A stretch of 64,000 nt of DNA from Lingula anatina (lineage: Eukaryota > Animalia > Brachiopoda). The stretch's first letter is position 1; every line of letters starts with the position of its first letter. A model generated the notes under the pieces. The model had not been told where the DNA came from. It did not search any database and saw nothing but the letters and a program-made list of their open reading frames with translations. A program made the translations under genes and the position numbers. The stretch spans positions 35,855,967 through 35,919,966 of the forward strand of contig CM120640.1 of assembly GCA_051362555.1 (NCBI GenBank). The letters are read 5' to 3'. Shown here one piece after another: positions 26,107 through 37,700 of the stretch.

Positions 26107-29100
26107 AGTTGGATTGCATGGGAAGACTTTCATAGATTATTTATGAACGAAGACATTTACCATTGAAGAATTGGTAGATTTTGCCTGAAGAAAATAAAGC
26201 CAAAGTGATAGTCCATCAGGTCTGGCTGAAATTACATCTAAAATGAACATGCGATTCCATTTTTGCCAGTGTAAAATATTGTGAGTGTTATGAACTCCAG
26301 ATGCCACAAACAATTACTTTTGGGTCTGTTAACTCCACATTCCTCGCCAATATCCCTTGATTTCAAGAATTTAAACTGGAACTTTTTTATCTGTCAATGT
26401 GGTGAGTTGGCCAGCCAATGACAGCTGTCAAATTGAGGCCTACTCTCTTGTGATCTTGACCGTTACTATCATAGCAAAGCTGGGAGAGCATGAGTACAAC
26501 TCAAAAATTAAGCCAGACCCATTGAAAACCCCAAGGTCAAATTAGCCTTATTACTGACAATATAGGCCTTCCTATTGGTTAGAAGGTGTAAATTGTTCCG
26601 AAAAGACAAGTAGTTTTGCTTTTTATTGATGACTGATGATAATTTGGCACATTTAGTGTTGTAATCAACCTTAAATATTTCTTAATTTATCATTGTTTTA
26701 TCAAAATCTATACACAGAAATTACACTTGGGAAAATGGAAATGGTTTGAAATTGTATTTAGGGGTACCTTATAGGTCCCTATAGACTAAGGCTTATTGGT
26801 GCTTAGGAAATGTGATATTTATGATATTTTCAATGGAAATTGTAAAGTTAAACAAAAATTTACATATTATTTATGTTGTCTGAAAAATAATCAGCAAGTA
26901 AGAATTGTGCTAGAATAGTGAACTTCCACGATCAAATGGTTTCATCCTTTAAAATTAAATTTGCTGCTTTATTATTAATAAGAAATTACCTCAAGGCCTT
27001 AACTTTGAGTGATTTCTTGCTTTACTTAAATTTATTTTCACATCATCATTTCCTTCATGATCTATACTTATGAAACTCTGATGCTACTTTCAGTACTTTG
27101 TGTCAAACAATTATAAGAAAGGCTTGACCTGAACAATACAAACCATTTGTTATGCTGATATTGTTTGCATACCAACTGCTTATCTTTTACAGAAGTTTAT
27201 TTATATCCTTTTATTTTGTGCAAATTAATAGTCTAATAATACATTTACTAAGGAAATGTTTAGTTTCTTTTTCAGAACAGATTAATGTATTTCTGAGTTA
27301 AATAATTTGAATTTAATTAATGTTATGACCTTTTTGAAATTCATTAGTCTTATTGTGTAAGCTATTCTGTAAAGTTTAAATTGTGTATTTTAATTTGTTG
27401 GCTTTAAACAAAATTACCCAAAGAGTACCAGAAGGAATTAAATAATCAATAATCATTAAATAAATTAAATTATTAAATACAAGCAGGAAGTAAAGCGTGT
27501 AATCAAATGCAGGGCTTAAGAATGCTTTTTTATCAACAGAAATGACGTTGTGTGCATTTATCTGTAGATAACATCAAATTCTTATATGGTTTAATTCCAT
27601 CCACTTCCAAATGCATCTTGGATATGCTAATGTATTTGACAACATGCTATTCATTTAATTTTTTAAAAACTATTTCTTTGTGATAAAGTTGCTTGTATTC
27701 CACAGTTTAAGAAGACATTTGGATTTTGTAGAAAAATAGTTCATAATAAAAGAAGTGTTATGTAGCCTCTAGTCACTGTTAATTTTATGCAACATCCTGA
27801 ATGATATATCACACGTAAAATGAAAGAAAGAAGAAAGAAATTACTTTGGGGAAAGTGTCCACATCAACTTGAATTGGAAGGGTACATTTATTTTAAAATG
27901 ATCAAAGAATTTGAGAATAAACAAAGAAGATTATGTAGTATTTACTTATAAACATTTGGTTCTCCATTATTATATAGCTCCTCATTTAACGTCTTGCTGC
28001 AGAATGTTCTGCATTCTTCCCTACACCATTATTTACTTATGTTCTTATCTTTCAGGAAACAGTTACGTTGAAAGGAACTGGTGAGGGGAATTTTCCCTAA
28101 ATGATTGGACTATGCGCAAAGACCTATAGAAATGGGAGTGCCAATAAACACGATGGTGTCAGCAAAATTTTTATTTTGATTTGGATTACATTATTTTCTA
28201 GAAAAAGATCGTATTTCATCTCGTGAGTACAGAGATTTTGTACCATTAGAAATACTTGTATAGGATTTTAACTGTTTGGTCTTTGCCCAAATACAATAGC
28301 ATCCATCAATGTCAGCCTTTGGAAAATTGAATAGATAATAGAGCATAGACTTTTAGACGTGCAAAAATGAAGAGCAGACAGCGCCTTTTTAACACCCAGG
28401 GATCTGTTAGACTGACATTCAATATAATACCATAGAGTTTATTTACCATTGCTTCTAAATACGATCACCAAAATTTTATCAATCTATTTATAGAACACAT
28501 TACTGAGCAAAATCTAAATATTTACTTAGCATTATAGTCCATGTGATGTCAAGTTAGGCGATACTGATAGGCAAGACCAAGATGACTCTCCGTGGTGGAT
28601 TAAGGAAACAAAAGAGCAGTAGATGTGGTAATTGTTGTTTTAAACTAGAAGATGCAAATTTTGATAAAAGTATTTATTAATAGATTTTGTTACAATAGAC
28701 AGGAGTTTTCATCAATAATGTGACAGGTGCTTATTTACTTGAATATAATACCAACGTTGAGGACAATACTTGCTGTTACAGTTGTACAGCAGGCATTTGT
28801 GCCCTTAGTTGCCACTGAATTCATGTAAATTTTAATTGTTTGTCTTTGCCCAGATCCTCTATATAAATTTTTTGAAAAATTGAAAAGATTGCATAAAGCA
28901 TAAGCTTCAGGGAATGAAAGGGTGGAGAAAAAAAGCAGATCATTCTTTAATTCTGTGAATTCATGGTTCTGATTTAAATTGTATATAATCATCAAGTTAA
29001 TATTTATGACAGTAATAAAAATGCCACCTAATAAGAAAGCCTTATTTGCCTTGGTCCCCAGTAAAGGTCACTAAAAATTTACCAATCTATTTATAAAATG

Positions 29101-30049
29101 GGTGGAGTAGAATAACCCCACAAAACAACAAAAGTGGGCATAAAAGTGTTCAGTGGAACGTGAAGTTATAGCATTGGCCAGGTGACTTTAAAAAAGAGAT
29201 GAAGGAAACTCAAAAAACAATAGATATGATAATTTGTGTGTTTAATAGTTAAGAAAACGTTAACCTTAAACTAGATAGGCCCCCAAAATCAAAGATAAAA
29301 ATCCCCAAATATAATCTAAATTCAGAAATGTTTGCATTAACAAGGAAGTAAGTGAATAACACAAAGAAAAAAAAACAAAATAGTTATTGTCAATTTAGTT
29401 CAAGTCACAAAGTTATTTATGTCTCATGAAAATAGGTCAGGAATACATGTTTTTACGATTAACTAGGGTGGGAAAGTTTTGCAATATCCCACTGAAAGCT
29501 GAAACAGAGAAGTCCTAAGAAAATGGACAGAGGTTATTGAATATGATAAAAATGAAGGCACTGTGCTTCAACAAGTATTTAAATCTTCCATATCTGGGGG
29601 ACTTGTAATACCCATGCAAAATTATCCTGCTTACTGAAACGTGAAAAGCTAATAACTATTTACTTCTCTGACTTAATTAAGATGCTCTATCAGTTGTAAT
29701 GCCCTAAGTAAGTGAACCCAAGTAGTAGATATGTGTGAAGGGGGGGGGTGATATAAGACCACAAATTTTCTTCAGAAGACTTAAAGACAGAGCTATAAAT
29801 GTGAAACTTAATGATAAGTAAACAGTAGGTGTAAATGGTAACTTCAGTGATAACAAAAATGAATAGTTGATGAGGAAAGGAGGGTTGATTTTTGGATTGA
29901 GTTGGATTATAATGATGTGCACTTCAGTCTGAGCAAGATACTCTACCTTGCTAAGGTATCTACCCTGAACAGTGAAACGTCTGACGAGGAATATGTTAGA
30001 AGTGGGAAACTAAAAGTAGGTAACTGAATCGGCATAACATGTGCCCATG

Positions 30050-30350
30050 CGATATCTATTAAATTTCGGGACATTGTGTCCGCCTATGTCATCAGGTGAC
30101 TGGAGATTCTACACGCAAGGACCCTTAATTTCTTTGTGCAGTCGCAGTGACCGCTATCGGAGAAAACAAGCGACTCTTGGATAAAGAACATATTGTCAAC
30201 TGCAACTGCTAAATAGCTAGAGAAACTAAAACTTACCGCATTCATGTAACAGTCAGCAATTGTACTGTTGATCCTTGCTTGAAGTTGTGCAGAATCTGTC
30301 ACTGTACGCTTCAACAGATCGAGTGAACTGCTGGAAAGTTCTCATAGAGG
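30050..30350. promoter_or_regulatory. CpG-retaining putative promoter and non-coding first exon of the TIR-pseudokinase gene
   Basis: Local cluster of CpGs. A plus-strand donor (gag|gtaaaa, ~30350) lies upstream of an acceptor at 31399. There is no in-frame ATG in the phase-compatible frame of this exon. Confidence 0.4.
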
Positions 30351-31758
30351 TAAAATGAAATTTTTTGAACTGAAGATTTCAGTTGCAGATTTGAGATAAC
30401 TTGTAGCTCAATTGTATCATGCTCGTGAACAGAATGAATCAAGCAAAATGAGGCCAGGCAGTGATGCCCCATGGTATAAGTAGCAACATGTGCCTCTAAG
30501 GAGATTACCCCTCTAAGGCACAATTGAGCATGAGCAGAATGCACATGTGCTTTAATAAGCTCTCTGGAGATTGTTGTCGCCATAAAATGTTGTTTGACTA
30601 CGCCAAACTTTCCTTTCTTAACCTTTTTTTTCAATTTGAAAGTACAGACTTTTCAAATAGCACCTGCGTCTGTCATAGTCATTGCCATTGGCAAGCACTT
30701 TCAGAGACAACATGCTGTGTGGAAAACTGTTTTACCTTCTGTGTTCAAACTTACAGAACTGATGGATATTTATTAATATCAGATTAAGTTTGAAAATCAG
30801 CTTGATAGGACCAATTTTACAAAAGTTATTATTTTTTTCTTTGCTTTTACTAGCATGTATCCATACAGATAACTAATTAAATGAAAAATCGTCTTGTTTA
30901 AAACTTACAGGAGTGATCAATACAGGTCCAGTTTGAAAACCAACCTGATCAGATTACTTCTCTTGAAGTTATGCATTTTTTTTTGGGGGGGGGGATGTTC
31001 ATATTTCACAGATTGGCATTTTCAAGGTGTGACTTTTAGCTTCCATCTTGGACATAATAACATAATTTTGTCCATGCTTCCATGGACATGAGGACCTTTG
31101 CTAGTCACTTTTTCTAAATATATATGTTAACTGCTATGCATAATTAAAAATTGGTGGTGATTATGCTGTTAAGCATTATGCAATATTACATCAAAATTGA
31201 CAAAAAAAAATTTTTGGGGCACTGCCACCATATTTACCATGTTGCTTATGATTCTCAGACTTACAAAAAAGATTCACAGGACTGAAAAAAGTATGTGTAA
31301 TTCAAGGTCTATCATCAATATTACTTAATGTTTAATAATATTTAATGAATTTTCATGAAAAATTAAATCTTGCAAACGTGGACAATTTTTTCTTAAAAGG
31401 AACCAAGAAGCGTTCCACCAATGGAAGAGGCTGTCACACTCCAGAAGGTATGAATTAAACACCTATATAAATGGGGATGATTAATATGTATAGAACATAT
31501 CATATTTAAGACCATCTCATTAGAAAGCTAAAAGATGCAGAATAAAAGAGTAGAAAAATAAGATATTTTGCACTAGGCATGTTTTTTGGCAGTTAAATGT
31601 ACGTAGTTGCAGCTTTGCCTTTCATATTATCCCACCAAATAAACTTAAATTTCTGTCTAACAAGAGGATTTGATCAGATTAGACCATTGATTTTTATATA
31701 GATGGTATTTTTCTTCTTATTATTTTACATTATTTTAGTTGGTAACAGGAGTGGTTCC

Positions 31759-34700
31759 ATGAGGGGATTTCAAGTTTTATCCCAAAATGGTAAGGCATGC
31801 TATAGAAATTAATAGAACATAAAGAATTGAAAGGATAGTGAAACTTTTCAGAAGTCAAGCAAAATAAACAACAATTTAACAAAATGTATATTTTTAATGC
31901 ATGACTCTGAAATATTTAGTATAATATTAAGTGAAGGCATCATTCATGTATCTTTTTTATATGGAGAATTTATTATTATTATTATTATCGACCTGGCACC
32001 CCAAGAAGGGTTAGATAAACAGCATAATCAAATAGAACTTCTTACTTATAATATTAGTCATATAGATAAATATGAGGAATAAAAATAATGTTTGAAGCAT
32101 CTTACATACTGCAAATTTGCATATTTCTTCTTTCATAGCATACGCAGGATTCAAATATGATTTGTTCATCTGTTACACTGAAGAAGATGATGACATGGTA
32201 GACCATAAGCTGATAAGTTTCTTAGATCAGGAACGCTCTGGCGGTGGACAAAATACATGCACATATGAAAAGAAAAATTTCTTGCCAGGAAGACATAATG
32301 TTGAAAATGTGTGCCAAGCCATGAAAGAAAGCCGCAAGACATTACTGGTCCTGACCTCCAATTTTGTGAAGACAGAATGGTGTAAATATGTTGCAGGGTA
32401 CAGGTTTGAAGAGGAATTCAAGAATCGTATACTCATTGTTCAGCTGGAGGAGTGTAATGTAAATATAAATATATAAAATTACCTTGATTTTTTAATATCT
32501 TAATTACTTTTTGTCATAGGGACTATTACTAGTCCTGAGCCTGTTTTACAATACATTTAATATTAGCCAACAGAATTTTGCTTCCTATTTTGATTGATAG
32601 CTAGTCTCACTTTAAATTAAGTGCTGAATTGGTCACCAAAAATAAACCATCTTGAGACTGTCCAGGAACACAAACAGAAGCAACTTTAATGTTTCTCTAC
32701 ATTTTTGTCAGACAGATTCACATGGGCCATAAACTTTCATTGTGAGGCAATTTTGTTTTATATCAGAAATGCTTTATAATATAGAAACATTGATTTCTGT
32801 GTATATTTTAAGATTTCCAAACGCCTTAGACAGTATATCCACGGGGTTGAGATCCTGAAATATGGTGAACCACCAGGAGATTTTTATCGAACCCTTCAAT
32901 TTTTTATTGACCATGATATTGATACAAGTACATCATCTTCATTTGGCAGACATCTACACATGGAAGGCAAAAAATATGACAGTATGTATTAAACATTGTA
33001 ATATTTTTAATATTATAATTTCTCATATTGCTGTTTTTATTGCGCCCATCCCGCCCGTACTTAAAGCTATGAACAACATTTTTATACCCCCCTTTGATCA
33101 TATGGCGGGACGATATATATTGCTTTGCAATTGTCGTTCGATCAATTCATCGGTCCCTCAGTCCAACCAACAAGGAAAGAATGATTATGTCTATATTCCT
33201 CATATTTGGGAGGAAGGTTTGTCATCATGGGTAGATAACTTCTATTATTTTTGAGGTCAGTAAGCAAAATGTCAAGGTCACAATGATCTTAAGCACAAAA
33301 AAAACTTAACTGACCAATAAATTGATTGTAAGATTTTGCCTATATATGGTCCTTATATTGGGTAGGGAGGTTTGTCATCACATTTATATGAACACTATCA
33401 ATTTGGAGGTTTGTAGTCAAAATTCAAGGTCACAGTCATGTTCAACACAAAAAATTTGTCTGACTATAATAAATATAGCGAATAATGTGGCAAATTGGAC
33501 TGCATGTGTGTTTGACTAACACCTTTTTTTCTAACCATGCATGTGCCAATAAGCCCTAGTCCCTTCCCCTTCATAATGTAAAATTCTGAATACATTATTA
33601 GTTATTTCTGCTATAAACCATTTTACAGCTGGAACTGAACCAAACAATGATTATTATGGTGAGCAGTTCAAAGCAGCTTTGTCAGATGCAAACTATTGCA
33701 GCCAAAATAATACAGGTACTTATACAGCTACTAGTTTGATACAGTTTTGTAAACAGTACAGTTTTTAGGTGGTCATTTATAAATGGATATTATTTTGCTG
33801 CAAATACTAGTAAGTTGATGAGTGGTTTGCATTCCCTGAGCCTTCTCAAGTAAGTATCATTGAAGTAGGTCTTATTTTTTGTATAAGCATGTTGGAAATT
33901 TTGTGAAGCAAGTCTTCTTTCTGCCTCTGTTATGCATCTAGCTAGAAAAATTGCTCAAATACTGACTAACCATGCTGTTTTTCTTGCAGATTTGGTAGAT
34001 AAAGCTGTTGCAGAAGGAAGTTTATGTAGCTTCAATAAAGATCCAGAGTCATACGTGGAAAGAATGAATAAGATGGTGGAAAACAGCCCAAACTATTTAC
34101 TCCATAAAAAATCCTTAAGAAAAGCAATGCTTTCACAAAACTTAAACTGGGATATTCTGGCTGTTATTAGCTGTATTAAAGATGCAGATTTAAAGGAAAT
34201 AGCTTTGAAAAAATTGGAAGGAGTTCTGCTGGAAAATGATCCTCTTTCTGATGAGCAGGCAAATGACAGGCTACTTGAGGCTGCTGTCAAAATTGAGCTT
34301 TCTTTGTTTTCTGAAACAAACAGTAACTTTCTGACAAAACGATTGTCAGTTTATGGATGTCTATTGACATGCATTCTTTTGCATGTATGGGAGCAGCATA
34401 TCTATCCACCTAGTCATTGGTTGTCTAGGCTAGGTGAAAAAGTTCTGCCATTTTTAGAGGATGCCAAACGAAGTAAGAGTGCTAGGAACAAAAGACAAAA
34501 ATACACAATTGATTTTTGTCTATTCATCATACGCAGTTTGAGGTTTGACAGTGGGCCTGAAATGCAGAACCAGTGGAAAGTATTCCACAAATTTGTAACA
34601 TCTGATGATATTTCCCACCATACCATTAATTGGGAAGATGTTCTTGGGACACGTCTGATGAATAAAAACTCAGAGTGTTGGTTTTATTTCATTAAGGTGA

Positions 34701-37700
34701 TTCTCCAGGCCTTCACAGGACTCCAGGTATATGTTATATTTTAATTCAGATGGGGGGATGGGGGATATCTGGATATACATATAGAAGTAATTGAGGATCA
34801 CTAGTCTTAGAGTAAAAAGTTTGTTTAAAGTCTGTATTGGGTTGAATTTTCATGGCAATCAAGAAAGATGGATGCCCGACTGTCTCTCATCATAATTTTT
34901 AGACTAATGCACCATCAGACAACTGAAAATGTACACCAATAACCTCAAATAGTTCTTTTCTTCTTTTGCAAAAATTTCAGTCATGAACAGCATAGATTTG
35001 CATTCATTAGAGCATTTGCTAGCATAGTTTAAAATTTTTGTCATTCATGTTAATTTTGATGTTAATTTTAGTTGGATTTTTTATGCACATAGGCAAGAAA
35101 AAAAGTACAGGAGACGAGAAAAAGAAGCTTTGCATGCCTTCCCCTTCATGCAATGGCATACATGCTGAAAAAGTTCAAGCCCAACTGCTTGTACCATGAA
35201 GAAACTATTCTTCAGTGTGCTCATATTTTGAGTAGGATGGCATGCCAGCCAAAAAATGGTCAGTTTATCATTAAAAAGAGAAATTCTGTATTGCTTATAT
35301 GAATTTTTTTCATTTTCACATTAGACTTTTTTCTATATTTTATATCAGTTGGTCATTCCTGGTGTTACTTTTCATTGGTTGGAAATTATAAAACAGTTGT
35401 GTTATTTTCAGATCTATATGAAAATGACAAATAATTACATTAATACTTTTAAAGGGGTTAAGTTTAGAGCTTTTGTTCTATTTATGAGTAGAAATAATTC
35501 AGATAATGCCAATTTCATCAATATGTTTTTTTATAATTTTGATATTTCAACTTTTTTCTTGGATACGGAGTCATTTAATTTCAAAGGATATGTTTGAACA
35601 TATCAATCTTGAATCAATTTCATATCAATAGGCAGTATTGATTTTTTCTATCTCCAGAAATGGCACAGTCTGTGGTGTTTGGCTGTACAGAAGCAGGTTC
35701 CCCAGATAATGGTCTTAGGCATCTGTTTGATACTGTCCAAGGGAATAAGTCCTTCAAAGAAGCTCTTTCAGAAGTCATTAGACCCATCTTATCTACATCA
35801 GAAGATCAAACAATCAAAACTGTACTGCTTGAAAAAATTTTACCAAGAGATTGCAGTACAGAAGAAAAGAGGAAAGATTTAGTGATGACCGCAATTGTCG
35901 AAAAATTAACTGAGCATTACACCCTTATGGGTCAAAGTTTGGCAATTGACTTGAAGCCACAGTTGAGTCAAGCACAAAATGATATATTTCGCCTTGATGG
36001 AAAATTAAATGGAAACCCAGTGACAGCTGTTATTTTGAATACATTTAAATGTGGTGATGTTTCTCAGATTAAAAAGGAGGAAAAGCTGATCAAGAAACTT
36101 ACACACAAGAACATCCCTAAATTGGTGGAAAAGATGGAGGGAGATGGAATTCCATTCCATTTTATCACTGAAAGAGCAAAGGGAGAAAATCTCCAGACCT
36201 TTCTTTTGCAGAAACGCAAAGATCCAGATTCATTTCCCTTGCCTGATCGCATGAAACTGGCAACAGGGCTCTGTGAAACACTTCACTATACCACACATTC
36301 AGAGTGTGTACTTAGAAACCTTTCTGCCCAGACCATCATGATAATGAAAGACGCCCGGAGGCAATATCAGCCTAAAATTGTAAACTTTCAGCAAGCTTTA
36401 ACAGTGCAAGGAGGAACGCTTGCACCAGGAACCATGAGAGACAAAATACCCGTGAGATGTTCTGCGCCAGAAGCTTTCCTAAAAAATGAATTTTCAGAGA
36501 AAACAGAGGTGTACATGTTTGGATGTCTGTTGCTTGAGATTTTCACTTTAGGTAGCCCAGCCTTTCAGGAACTTGCTAAGCCAGAGGATGTTCAGATAAT
36601 GGTTTGTATTATTTTTTATATAAAGTTCTGTAGAGAGTATTGGGGGGTGTCTGTTAATACCCCCTTATTGGCCCAGCTTGAGAAATGCCATAGTATCTAT
36701 AGATGAAGTTTTGATTAAGATCACAGCTATTCCAAACAAAAGGCCATCCTTGTTACCTCCCTTGAATTTATATTTGTTGTAAATGTGTAGAACATATGAC
36801 AGAACTGTACTATCCCTGATGAGTTTAAACCTGTTAATCTTATGTTTATTTAAATGTGTTTCTGGAAGTGACTAGCATAATGTGATTATCTTGTACTATA
36901 TGTATTTATATTTTTTATTCAATTTTATTTTATGTTTCATCTACATTTGCACAGGTTGGCTGCATTGATTACAAAGTAAAGAAACCCCAGTGTATTCCAA
37001 GTGATATTTTCAATGTAATTTTGGCATGTCTCTCAAGGGCACCTGATAAAAGGCCTTCTTTTGGGGCCATACGCAGTTCATTGCAGGATATACTAAACAA
37101 GGCAAAAGGTATATCAGCAAATACCATGTATACCATCTGATATGATATATTTTGTAAGGAGTAGCCATCCCAACTGTCACCAACCATATCTTTGCATGTT
37201 CATCCTTCAACAAATTAAAATACCTGCTTAATTATCAGAATTATCTCATTACAACTGTGTGTAAAGGAAATATCTTATCAGTTTTGATATACCCTTTTTT
37301 GCAGCTCAAAAACACCATGATCCAGAGGAGAACGGTTTCCCAAGGGTGCCCATGGCAGGGGATTTTCTCAAGGTATGTGCACTGTTTTGATATTTGTCTA
37401 TATTATTGTTTTAAGGAGTTTGTCTGTTTTCTGTGAATAAGCTGATTTAATCATGAAAATATTGGTATTAATATCAAAAATTATCAATGAAAGTCACTGA
37501 ATAGTTCTCAAGCCTACATGAATTTTTAATACAGATAATAGGAAATAAATTGGACTAGACATTTTACTTAATCATTTTGCAAAATATATTGGATATTATT
37601 TTGCATTTTATAGAGAACAGAGGAAATTGTGACAAAAGTAAGCAGTGCCATTAAAGAACACAAGGTAGTTATTACACCACTGTAATAATCATAAAAATTA

